A stretch of DNA of 62,574 nucleotides, counting the filler, from Diploschistes diacapsis (Eukaryota): NCBI GenBank assembly GCA_023645945.1. It is 7 parts of 7 records of this genome, joined end to end, with 100 filler letters (N's around TTAATTAATTAA, not from the genome) between each part and the next. Parts side by side here need not be neighbours in the genome. Positions count along the whole stretch, not along the records: positions 5,732 to 33,961 come from JALAIB010000151.1; 6 more parts are not named here. One strand, 5' to 3'. Position 1 is the stretch's first letter, and every line of letters begins with the position of its first letter. The position numbers and the translations under genes are program-made. Of the stretch, positions 12,515 to 24,387 are shown in pieces. The notes under the pieces are model-generated. The model saw only the letters and a program-made list of their open reading frames with translations. It was not told where the DNA came from and ran no database searches.

Positions 12515-13432
12515 ATGCCCGCGCCGGCCTCCAAGGGGCAGCAAACAAACTCCCAGTATGAGCTTCTTTACTGGCCCTCTATTCCTGGCCGTGGGGAATT
12601 TATCCGTCTCCCCCTCGAAGCCGCGGGTGTCGCGTACACGGACGTCTGCAACAAGCAAAGTGACGGAATAAACGAGCTTATGGCGCTGATCGATCCCGAA
12701 TCTACCGGCGACTCCGACGGTAATCCCCCAAACTTTGCCCCTCCCGTGCTCCGCGTTCCAGGGGCGGGGAAGGACGGCTCCGCTTTGACGATCCACCAGA
12801 CACCCGCTGTAATGGCCTACCTGGCGCCTCGGATTGGGATGGTCCCCGAAGGAGACGAGGGTGGAGCGGCGCATGTTGCGCAAATAGCCTTGACGGCGCT
12901 GGACTTGAACAACGAGGCGCACGACACGCATCATCCAGTTGCAGTCTCTGCGGTGCGTGGCTTCAGTGGACGGATTGGAGCCCTTTGACGAATGCTAATG
13001 TCATTCGTAGCACTACGAGGACCAGAAGGATGAGTCTCTCCGGAAAGCGAAAGACTTCCGTGAAGCTCGCATTCCGAAATTCTTCGGCTACTTTGAACGG
13101 GTTTTGAAAGGGAACGAGAGGAAGGGCAATGGAAGGTACCTAGTGGGCGACAAGCTCACCTATGCAGATACTTCGGTGTGGCAGGTTGTTGATGGGTACA
13201 AATTCCAATCCCTTTTTATACTGTGGATGCTAAGTTAATCGGCTGTTTTAGTTTACACTTTGCATTCCCCAAGGAAATGGCGGCTCGAAACAAGGAGTTC
13301 CCACTCATCTTTGGGAAGTTTTATCCAAGCTTCGCAGAGGAGAAGGGTATCAAGGAATATCTTGCCAGCAGTCGCAGGCTCGAATACTCACAGGGTATTT
13401 ATCGGCATTATCCGGAGCTGGACAGGCAATAA
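12515..13432 (+). CDS. Glutathione S-transferase family protein
   Basis: Exons 12515-12952, 13011-13195, 13252-13432 total 804 nt in frame. Motifs YELLYWPSIPGRGEFIRL, FAPPVL, HQTPA, EAHDTHHP, YLVGDKLTYAD, YLASSRR, YRHYPELD. Confidence 0.92.
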
Positions 13433-15756
13433 ATAGTCTCAGAGACGCTAGGGCTCTGTTCAGTGACATATAGCAAGACGAAGGACAGGAATTAGAATTA
13501 ACGAGACATAGATACATGGTGCTCGACAATCCTTGACTTTGCTTCATACTACAAAAAGCAATTATCTGGTATAACATGCATACGTGCTGTGTGCCTTCCC
13601 AATTGGTTGCACACCCATAGCCAGCACAACTTTTGGGAAGCATTAGAAGCAAAAGAAGATATCACTATGGAAAGGCAAAAGGACAGCTCTTACGCGTACA
13701 GCAGCTGCCACTGGGCAGTTCTTATATATAGTCAAGGCAAATGCCGTGTCTCTGCAAGGGGGAAAGGGAGTCTTGGGCTTAAACTGGATTGGCTGCAGCA
13801 TGGGACAGCCTCGGAGGCTAGATCCGGTCTGGTCAGCTGCCCGTCCAAGTCTCTCTCTGCTTGCTTGCTTGCTTGCTTGTGTTCATCGCTCGCAGGATAC
13901 TATATATATAGTCTATAGGTAGATTGATTCCTATGATGATATTTCTATATTGTCATGTGGCCAGATTGTGGGGCTCTTCTGGAACATACTGGTAGATAAG
14001 TTAGATAGTAGATAGGCTCCAAGCACTAGTATAATTCTATTACATGGCATCAACATCTCTTGCCTGCCTATCGCTGAACGTTGAAAGTCCACTATTACAC
14101 TATTAGAATACCAGCACGAGTAGTATATGGATCTTAGAACACGGTAGGGCCCGCGATGTGGGCGGCTGGCGGGAAATCGGTAAAAGGCAAGAGTTGGGAA
14201 TTGCCTAATCAAGCCGACACAGATAGATCTCAATTCAAGCTCAGAGTGGCGTCGAGATCCCAAGATGAGAAAAGACAATCAATAATGAAAGGGGTCCTGT
14301 AAGAACAGAAACGGCGAATCGGAAAGAAGCCCAAACGCAGAGCTAGCAGAGCAAAATAGAAGATGCACAGCCAGCACATCGTGTGGGCTAACTATGTGTT
14401 TGAGGATGCGTGCGTCGAGATCTCAACGCGCCAGCAGTCAAGCGGTAGCTGTATACTACTACACCATGGTTAGCGTCTCAGCTGATCCGGCCAAGAGGCA
14501 CTTAACGCTAGTCGCAGAGTTCTAGTAAGGATAATGCTCTTGAATCTTGATGCTGATTGCCATTAGCGGCTTGTCTGGGTGGTAGTGTTCGTAAAACCTC
14601 CATCCTTTGGAGCTCAAGACACGGGGGGAACCTCCGTCAGTTTCTGAGGGCTCGAAACCTTCTGCATAATGGGAAATACTTGAGATGTACCCAGCCATTG
14701 CATTCAATCACCTTACCTCCTTCAAGTAGTACGCGCGTCCATACGCAAGGTAGAGTATCTAGCCTTCCTCAGCCAGCATGTGGCTCATTTGTAGGCTTTG
14801 GTCGAAGGGGGCAATGTTGATTGGAAGGATTGTAGGATTGTAGGATAGTAAACGGCCCTGCGGGGGGGGCTCTAGTGCTGGTTTGGTACTGGCTGGTCGA
14901 ACTTGAATGCTAATCCGGCTACTACTAGTTAGATAGATAGATAGTCAGGAAAAGAACAGAGTCAGCGTGGGTGCGAGAAGAAGCCAGTCGGTGTTTTGAT
15001 TGGGTGGTTGACAAGTAAAGTGTTTGTTGGCCCGTCGAGTCACAGTCTTGTCGCAAGTCAGTCAGTTTGAAGAAGGTTCTGCCCCCCCACTGCTGTACGT
15101 AAGTTCTCCTACCCGTCATGTCCGCAATCCATACAGATAGGTAGATACATTCTGTGCTGGTGCTAGTACTGCTGCTTTCTCGACTAGCATAATCTTCCTC
15201 CAAATACATTTGCAGATACATGCGTGACCAAGTGCGGTAACTTTTGGCCTTTCCGCCTGGCCTGTATCGCATCCCAGCTCACCAAATATCCTGACCTCTG
15301 CGGGACATCCCTCTATCCAACCGTTACCAACCGCCAAGTACAGATACTACCTGCGATGCGCCGAGAGATATACAAACCCACCCTCACTGACTCTTAACCT
15401 TGTGCCTGCTCGTGCGAGTCAAGCGACACATTGTTTTTTTTTGGAAATCTCAAGGACCTTCTTCGCCTTTCAAACAGATGGTGTCATGTCGCGGCGAAGG
15501 CGCCATCGTTCTGAATATCCTTCCGAGAAAGTCTCGAAGATAGCTATTTCGCTCCAGGATGGAGTCGCTCCAGGCTCTTCGGGGTCGGACGAGGAGCATG
15601 TCTTGTGCGTAAACCACTCTGAGCAACTTCAGAGATCAACCGTCCCAGAAGAACTAATGAGATGCTCTTCTACTCATACCCTTCTGCTGAGATTATATTT
15701 GCTGACCACACGAAGCACTTGGGCCATTCCTATCACTCTTATATGATATCAGGCAG

Positions 15757-18700
15757 ATGAGCGCCTCAACTCCGCCGAGCATCAACGACGAAGTTAGGAT
15801 CGAATTGCCCGATGAGGCGTATATACCGCTGCCCTCATCCGTCGCAAGTTCCCAATATGGCGAAGATGATACTTTTGATGCAGAAGAGCTGGGTAGCGTA
15901 GGAGCTGAATTGAATGGAGCGATGCAAGGGAACGGTGGTGGAAGTGATCAGGAAGCTGGGATGACAATCGATTTACCCACCGCAGGAGAGCAGGAAGGAC
16001 CGATCCATGACACCCCCGAGGACTTCCCACAAGGTGACAACCTAAAGAAACCGACCGAGGAAGTACCCGTGCCGCTGGCGGAGTTACTGAAAGTCATGGA
16101 GGAGGATAAGTACCAATCTCGTCGTTTGATGACTTTGCAAGATGAGGCTTATGGGCTTTTCCATAAATGTGGATCTTATGATCGCTTTCTTACCGTACAG
16201 TTGCATCTGTACCGGCGCATGGTGGAATGTTTCCGCAGTGATAAGAAGAACGCTTTTGCGTCCATGTATGCCAAGGCAATGAGCTATCCCAGCTTTGCAG
16301 ATTTGGAGGTGCCTGCTTTTGGTTTGGATGATAGACATCCCGTCCTTGGTTCCTCGCGCAATGGAAAATCGGACGTCTCGTGGATCTCCAGGCTGCCGGC
16401 CGAGTCGCAGAGAGGTCTTGTCGAGTTCTTGGTCAACATAAGAACAAGCTCAGGCTACCTTGCAGAGCGCGTTTGTAGATTGCCTGAATCACAGCTGAAA
16501 CGATTGGCCCGTCCTCATTATCATAACGGCCCGGTGGAACCCAATGTACAGTCCACTCGAGGTTATGGAAGATATGATCCAAGGGCATTCCAGAGGTCCA
16601 TGGCCAAACCGAGCGAACAGGCGCCATCCGTGGATGAGCTGATGGGCGACCCGTTGATGCTCCTAATCAATGGTTTTTTTGATCCATCCAACCGCCCAGG
16701 ATCTCCGGAGCGAGTTCGTCAACTTCGCGTTTGGTCCTCCGTGTGCTGTGGGTTGATCGAGCATAGCAAACCTGGGTCTGATGATTTCTGTATCACTGTG
16801 CTCGATGCCTTTGCCAAAATGTCCAAATGGCCACTAGGCCCCCAGTTGGAGCTCTATCTTGCCGAGACGATCGCTTTAGGAGGACCACTTCTTGCAGGCT
16901 CAGGTGGACGGAATACCAGTTCACCTCAGCCTATCCATTCACAACATACAGACCACGGTTCATCCGTATCGAGCTTCTTTGACCATGCACTTTACTCCCT
17001 GCTTGACCTATTGATCAATGACCTCAATAATAGTGTCCCAGGTCGAGCCCTGGAGATGATACAATCCGTTCTCCACAATATCAAAAATCAAGAGAGAAGA
17101 ATTACAGCGCGCAACTTCTTCTTTCTTCGGTGGTACTGCGCATCGTTTCTTTACAATGCTGTAGTCTTTCCAGAGGTATTGTTTTCCTCATTTCGTTTCA
17201 CGACACCACGTTGACTTCGCCTATAGACTCATGGCATTATGATGGAGCAGAGTCTCAGCAATAATGATCGTCAGAGCATCCTCAGGGAACTGATTGTGCG
17301 CTTACAAAAAGTGGTCACTGATGTCCTTTCTCCATGGTAAGCTTTTCAAGAGAGGCCTTACACATCCTATTAATATTTTTTGACTAGGTCGTCCAATCCA
17401 GTTGCCCCTGCACTCGAAAGTAAGATCCGGACTCTGCTAGAGGTGTTCGAGCGGGAACGGTCAACCATTCCAGAACCTGAGTCGGATATGGAGCACCTCC
17501 GGTACCGGGATCGTTTGTTTCTGTTTCTACGGCCCGAGGATGTGCTTGCGGTGGCCAAAGTTCTCTCGCCAGAGGCTTACAGTGACTCAAGTAGCAACTC
17601 CATCTTTGAGCGGCCCTCTTCAAGGTCATCGTCAGTTTTTGGCCTCCCTTCGTTTTCTTCCGGCCCTATCCTTGGAAGCGTTGGAGATCCCCAATATCCA
17701 CAAGCATATTCAGGCAAAAATGTGATGCAAAGCAACACATGGCATGCTCAGTCCTTTGGGGGACGTCCGGGTATCGCTGACATTGGATACACTGCTTTCG
17801 AACGCAGCCATATGGCTAGGCCTGGCAGCTCCGGAGGGTTTCTTGCTGACATTGAGAAGGATAACTCATTACCATTCACTCATGATCTCTGGTTGCTGAC
17901 TGCCAATCGTGAGTACTCTGGCCCAGGACCCACTAAGAAACATGAAGCTGCGGTTTTGTTCATAAATGATGAGGAGCCATATCTGTCTTTAAACCCTTTC
18001 CGGGACCAGGATCATATATCGACTGTAGCATTGGAAAACAACCAGCATTTTCCGAAATCCGTACAAGGTATGCATTATGGAGATTCTATCCTTCTTGCGG
18101 CTGCTCTGGCCCGGATTGCAGAGAACCACCATGGATTGGTAGAACCTTTCTCACGGCCATCTGAAGGAATGACTGGCCTCCGCACTGCTTTTCGACAAAA
18201 CCTGAGGGTATCCGAGTCCGAATTTGATTTTCAGTCCAAATACTTTTGGTGGAACTGCTTGGAAACCCTTGAAGCCCTTAGTCCTGCCACCGTATCTTGT
18301 TTTTTAAGTCTGGTATTCCGACAGAGGCTAGCTAGCGTCCATTCCAAAAGGGCTCTCAGTGATCAGTATGAGGAGTGGCTGTACATTCTGCGGCAGCGTT
18401 CTACCATACAGGACCAAGTTATGCAAAGAATTTCCCTCAGCTCCAAGCGCTTGCGAAACAAAATGTGGTATGTATCTGATGTGAGGCACTCTTCTGCTTA
18501 CGAGGATGCATACAACGTTACTAGGGCGCTAAAAGCTATGATCGAACCTGCCGAGCAAAGAGCGAACGGAATGGCCGCCTGGGCAAAACAGAGGATCCGC
18601 AATTCATTCGGCCACGAGAGAGCCCTCTCGCAGACCCTAGAGCTCATGACGGCACCAAAAACTTATGGAGGGCCTAACAAATTAAGCGAGAGCCAGGTTC

Positions 18701-20508
18701 AAATAACTACAGATTGGTTGCTGACGGAGAACGTCGAGAATTTCTGCAAAGGGGAGGAACGGATTCATAGATTCTGCTACGAGATTCAAAAGTGCGTTAA
18801 GAGATTGGCTGGTGAAGCCATGCTAGATAGCCCAGTCCTATGGGCAAGCCCGCTGTACCAGAGCGAGAAAGCCGAGCATGGCATTGCTGCTCACCATGGA
18901 CAACGCCATTCCCAGGAACAACTTTCATGGAGGACTGACTTTTCCTACCCTCAAGGATGGAATCCGTCCACTCTCGCCGGATCAGGCACAACGTTTGCCT
19001 TTCCGGATGCGGAGAGCCCGTCAACCTTACATATGGGTGTCTCCAATATCAGCAGCTCTCCACAGAACGCTGGTGCATCCCCGCAATCGCAGAGTAGATC
19101 GTTCGTTCCTCGGAACTGGGCACTGCCACCAAGTCCCATTTCGCCGGGAAACGTGAAAACGTCGGGTGAGGGATCATCGCTTCGACGCCGCGCGTTTCTC
19201 CAGAATTTGCGCAGCCATCTTACAAGTCTACTTCTCAGTGACCTCGGCTCGGTATTGTGGGCTCGGGGCAGCGAGACTGATCAATGGGTGACTGGAACAG
19301 GAATAGCATCGCGCCCGAGCACGCAGTCTCGTAATTGCTTTGACGAATCCACAGGGTCAACTCTCGATCCGATGGCCTTCAGCAGTGGCTCATTCGGTGC
19401 AGTAGGCAATAGGGGTTCCGATTACTTGAACGAGGCGGGGCGACGTGATAGTTTCGATGTCCAAATGGGTCATGAGCAACCGCCCAAACCCTTCCAATTT
19501 CAAGATACCTTCAAGACTTTGCTGAAAAGGTTTCAATTGTCACCCGATCCACAGAGCAAACTTCAATATCTTTACGAACTCTTCTTACTGGCTAGCTATA
19601 ACTGCCAGGCGGACCAATACCAGAGTTCCTTGCGACGCGGCGATGCGCAAAAGAACGATGACAAGACAAAAGGCGATACCACAGCTACCGTTCTTGGGCT
19701 CGGTGTACCTAGAACGAGACTTACAAGGTTACAGGAGGTAGCCGCAAACTGCGAAGACAGAAGGCTAGGCAGTCTTGCGAACACGAGATTAGCAGCAACG
19801 GCGAGAATCTTCCAAAGTACTGCTCTGCCGGCACCGCATCTCGACGATCCTGCATTGATAGAGCTCATCCACACGTTGTTTGCTGATCCACGATTCCGTC
19901 CCTCGGCCTTCTTCCGGGATCTTCAGTTCATAGCGTCTCTAACGCCGAGCTCGACACTCGATTACACGCCACAAGGCACCGCTTTTTGGACGATTGGACT
20001 AGCGGCAATGAGCGTTAAGTCTGCTAAGTGCAAGGCCATGACAGACAATGCCATGCAGATACTAGAGTTTCACTACGGCAACGGCAATCAGAAAGAGCCT
20101 TCGAGGACGATACGAGGATCACAAGGGCCAACAGCAACGCCATCTAGTGCGCTAAGCCAGGAAGATCTTTCGGGCTCGACGCTTCAAGATGCCGCGCGCC
20201 TTCTGACAACCTCCGCGCTCGAGGGTGATCCAACGGCTGCACGGGAACTCGCACTCTTCCACCTTACCCACCCCGAGCTGGTCTCGAGGGTAACTCTACC
20301 ACTGTCCCGTCCGAGCGATGTTTTTCAGGTCAAACACGGCGGTTCGTCGGAGCGCGGGCATCGCAGCACAGGCAGCGAGGACCCGGGTGGGCTCGATCCC
20401 ATCACCTTCGCAGTTGTCTTCCACTGGATGGAGTTCGCCGCGAACGCTGGGGACGCTGACGCCATTACATTTTTCAAGGAGAACGAGGGCTTGGGCAAAG
20501 CATTATAG
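15757..20508 (+). CDS. Large conserved fungal protein with RasGAP-like, VPS9-like and Sel1-like segments (domain call is inference)
   Basis: Exons 15757-17175, 17227-17336, 17388-20508 splice in frame (~1550 aa). An upstream exon from ATG 15486 is possible. Conserved blocks RLRNKMWYVSDVRHS, ENFCKGEERIHRFC, ALEGDPTAARELA. Confidence 0.8.
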
Positions 20509-21572
20509 ACTGGACTGCGTTGCATTGTTCTTGGTGGGGGGCTCTTCTGATTCTCGATTGCATACCTCTGCTTCACATGTACATTTAGATATTCGATATG
20601 GGCAATACTGCGCTTCGGTCGGCTTTCTGTGCGTCTATTATCGTTGGAGCTTCGAGTCTGCATTCGGGAGTGCTTGGGTTAAATGGGGGCTGTTGTCATA
20701 GCAGCAGTGAAAATACCATTTGCTTTTCAGATAAGGGAACAAGGAGGAAGAGAATGGATAGATAATCAAATATTGCTAGTCTACAGGATACTTTGCTCGT
20801 AGAAGCTTGTTATCTAATCTCTACTCAATGCATTCTCACATTCTGATGTCGAAGAAGAAAGCAATTTGATGTGGGGATCCGGGCAGCAAAAGCACGGGCG
20901 GATGTAAAGAATACTGGTTTCCAGAAATATCGAGATACTGTCCAGAAGAACTCTGCAGGCGTTAAGGGGTTTGATGTTGTGTGTCAGTCACGCATGGAGT
21001 GGGTATAAATATAGAAGTTCCCATGGATATGAGTAGCTATGCACGCATCCCATGGAGACTCGACAAAACAAAAAGAGTTGGGCCTAGTTTGGCCCTAGAT
21101 GATCTACAGTAGCGTTGGATGGACCAAGGGAAAGCTGCTTGTGGATGACTTGCAGCAGCTTCACGATTAGCTCTAGGCGATGTGACTTTGTGTGGCCGTT
21201 TTGAGGAGACGAGTGAAATAATGACGCTCACCAAGAGGCAGCGAATCACACATGCTTCGAAGTGAGCCACCTGCGTAGCAACCAGCCTCCCCATAGTACG
21301 CCCACTCTCAAAACCAAACCTCCTACATCGCTTTAAAGTGGACTGCTAGCTGTTACTTACGCTGTGGAGAGCAGGGTGAACTCGGCTTGCTTCGAAGACA
21401 AAACCCGTGCATTGTTGAGCTATACCCACCACGTGCCGAAGCTATCGCTTCTGCCGTCACAATACACCAGTTCGATGCCAGTCACTGACACGTGAAGAGG
21501 GCTGTGTAGACACAATAAAAAACCACCAATAATATCCCACTTTCTTTGCTCTTGACAATCACCGAATCCAAC

Positions 21573-22610
21573 ATGGCACAAACGACTGCGAATCACCACG
21601 ACGAGCTGCCCAAACGACCGAAAGGTAAGCTGAGCTATCACGATGAATGCGAAATGCGAAATTTCGGAGAATACTGATTGTGAGTACCCAGGCATTCTCA
21701 AGAACTCCGCCTCCTACCAGAACGAATCTACATCCCCCACTTCCACCACCGCCTATCCAGAACCCAACTCCCGTGCTTCCTCTATAGTAGACGGCATTGC
21801 TCCACCTCTCGATCGGCACGTATCCGACAAGGACCTTACATTACAAAACACCATCCAGAATGCCGGCCATCGCCGCTCCTCCTTCTCTGTTGCCCGCGCT
21901 ACGTTCGCTCGACGGCGCTCCTCCCAAAGTACTGGTGTAGGAGATACTGCAGGAGCGGCAGAAGAAAACCCGCGCCTGAAATGGGACGAGGCAAACTTGT
22001 ATCTGACAGAGCAAGAGAAAACCTCGACGATGAAAATCAATGAGCCGAAGACGCCATACGCAAAGCAATACGATCCGATAGAGGACGAGGAGGAATTGCA
22101 CAAGCTGGATGCGGAGGAGCTCATGGTCGATGAGCTGGATCAAGCGAGGGAGCTGGGTCAGAGTCCCGGTCAGGGACAGAAAGACAAGAATTCGCTGGGG
22201 CGCACATCTGACATCCCCGGCCTCGAACTAGGGGAGCCGGCAGAGGAGCTACCCGATGAGGGAGGTGTAGAGATGAAAAGGAGCAACAGCGGGCGGGAGA
22301 AACAGGTGGTTGTTGACAAACCAGAAGAGGGGCACGGACACGGCGAGGACGAGGAGGTGGGTATGAGCCGGGAGGAGAAGGAAAAGCACAGGATGTTTGA
22401 GGAGAGGAGGAAGAAGCACTACGAGATGAAGGATATCAAGGGACTCCTGGGGTAAGGCTGCCCCCGAAAGCTAGCTGTGTATCGCGAGCATCCTAGGCTG
22501 ACTACTATCAATACAGACACCCCGAGGTCTTTGATGCCATGGACGAAGAAGACGATGCGCCAGAGCCTCCGCTACCTATCCGCTCCGGTAACATGGTTAA
22601 TGGCTCATAG
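21573..22610 (+). CDS. GLC8: Protein phosphatase 1 inhibitor-2 (IPP-2/Glc8 family)
   Basis: Exons 21573-21624, 21692-22451, 22517-22610. I-2 motifs [35 protein letters not shown]. Confidence 0.9.
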
Positions 22611-23027
22611 TCGCCTTCGGTTCCAATAGGAGTGGAGAGTGACTGACCGACGACTTTGACGATCAGACGATAGGAAGGGAAGGGACATTTGGGAAGCGTT
22701 GGGTTTACTTTCAATGCCTATCCTTTCAGTCTCTATTATTTCTCACCACTTTCGAAAGCTTTCCGCCAGCATACGCAGGATATAAACCGAAGGGACAATC
22801 GGCCCCGTCTCTATCTCTTCTTTCCCGACTCTTAGGGGGGATCAGAGCGAGCATGGTGCCTGCATTGGGCGCACAGTTGCAGAAGTAATGTAGTGTGTTC
22901 GACGTAGGTATAGCTCATGTGTATCGTATCCAAATATAAGCTACTCTCTCTGAAATATCACCTTGGAACACTAGCTTCTACATTCGTGAAGTTATTTAGT
23001 GAACAAGAGCCAATTCATAATGAAAAT

Positions 23028-23081
23028 TATATATCAAAACAACGCATCAAAACTCCCACAACTTGAACCTTGGCCTAACGG
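23028..23081 (+). promoter_or_regulatory. TATA-like element (23028-23034) and Pol III A-box-like TGGCCTAACGG (23071-23081)
   Basis: TATATAT lies ~30 nt upstream of the folded region. The A-box matches TRGCNNARYGG. Confidence 0.45.
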
Positions 23082-23250
23082 TCAAGTCTTGAGGGTTACA
23101 GTCCTGCCAGTATTACCAGTCTTGTGCCTTTGTGCTTAATGGCCGTTTGAAAACCCTACGAATGTCTTAACATCTAGCGATTAGTAGTCGGTCCCAAGAC
23201 ATATGGTTTGAAAACTCGTACTACAACCCTCATTCGAGTTGGATTTTTTT
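23059..23250 (+). ncRNA. Candidate structured ncRNA of unknown family, probably RNA polymerase III-transcribed
   Basis: Nested helices 23059-67/23233-41 (9 bp), 23069-75/23080-86 (7 bp), 23090-97/23225-32 (8 bp), 23157-61/23216-20, 23162-68/23196-202. G-U pairs favour the + strand. T7 immediately follows the closing helix. No ORF. Confidence 0.55.
23244..23250 (+). terminator. T7 tract, putative Pol III terminator (alternatively an Sm-site-like AUUUUUUUGG)
   Basis: Lies directly 3' of the terminal helix of the folded element. Confidence 0.45.
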
Positions 23251-23272
23251 GGAGGATGGATGGATGCACTGC

Positions 23273-23283
23273 GGTTCGAGTCC
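23273..23283 (+). promoter_or_regulatory. Pol III B-box (GGTTCGAGTCC) not in a canonical tRNA
   Basis: Perfect GGTTCGANTCC consensus, followed by T8 at 23300-23307. Confidence 0.6.
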
Positions 23284-24387
23284 GGAAGGGTTCATCCGGT
23301 TTTTTTTGATTTCATTTATCTTGTTCAATTGCTTTCTCAGTTTGAGATGATCGATAGCATGTATGTAGTAAGTCTTTTCAACCATATGCTCTATCTACAA
23401 TGAAATCACAGGAAGAGCTAACTAAAACTCTAATACAAGCTTCATCATGAGGTCAAGTTTTGCGCTAGATAGTTCATTTCTTCAGCCCTGAATGCTGTCG
23501 TTATGCCCGTGTTAACCCCATATTTTATAGCCCGCATTGGTATTAGGTATTAGGTTCGAAATCGGGCAGGGCCACAGCCGTCGACATCATACCTTCTAGT
23601 AATAACAACTCAAACCCTCAAGAAGTCCTCTCCCACCGTCCTGTCCAGTTCCCCTGGATCTTGCACGAGTAAGACTCGACTGCCAAAACCAACTCAAGAG
23701 ATCACTCGTCGATCCTTTTGAGTCATTGGTCTTATGTATGCTCCCGTGGTAGAGCACCGCCATCACCTGCAGAGAAGCATATGCCTGGAAAGCTTTCAAA
23801 GCAAGACGCTACTGCTTCAGCTCTTCTTACCATTTTCGAGTCTTTTCTTTCTTTTCGTCGAGGTCGGTTCAGATATTCTACTAGCCTTGGACGGTTCGCG
23901 TTCCGTAATACAGAAGACCGCACCCAGATCCTACCATACCCAAGGTTGGCCAGCCGGCATGCAGAGCACTTCTTTTTCTTGATTTGAATTGTGAAGTGCT
24001 GACCGGAATGCTGACGCTTTCCTCAGATAAGAGATCGTCAGCCTTGCTGGTGCCAATATCCAGAGATAGCGCTTTTCCTCTCGCTACGCTTCTGCGTTTT
24101 CGGCCTCGGCTTCCCTGCAATCGAAGTGCATCGACCAATAACCTCTATTCCAACCATCCATATGTCCGTCCAAGGCTTCTTTCCAACTGACTGACCTATT
24201 CCGAAATTGTTTCTATCCTGGGCCGAAGCCTTGTGTCCAGTGGCTTCTTGGGCCATTGATAACCAACTCTTCTCCCATACTCTGAGTTATCCCACTGGAG
24301 CCTCTGTTACACTGTCTAGCGGCCCGTGCGACTAATTTTGAGCTCACTGAGTAGTGTACACCTCTGCTTGAGTCGCACATTCTGCAA

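Noticed and set aside
14522..14707. Small ORF or possible spliced micro-gene between the GST and the large gene
   Set aside because: No convincing start or exon chain and no homology recognisable by eye.
23119..23154. U4/U5-like words (CTTTGTGC, TTGAAAAC, TGCCTTT)
   Set aside because: No U4 kink-turn 5' stem-loop or intact U6 stem I complement, and no GCCUUUUAC U5 loop.
23064..23294. tRNA with a very long intron (GAACCTT/AGGGTTC acceptor-like pairing, A- and B-box)
   Set aside because: No proper D or anticodon stem, the acceptor register is off by one, a T7 terminator lies between the boxes, and an alternative fold explains the 5' sequence better.
23553..23563. Second B-box-like GGTTCGAAATC
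   Set aside because: Imperfect match with no tRNA fold or terminator. Could be chance, though near the candidate Pol III gene.
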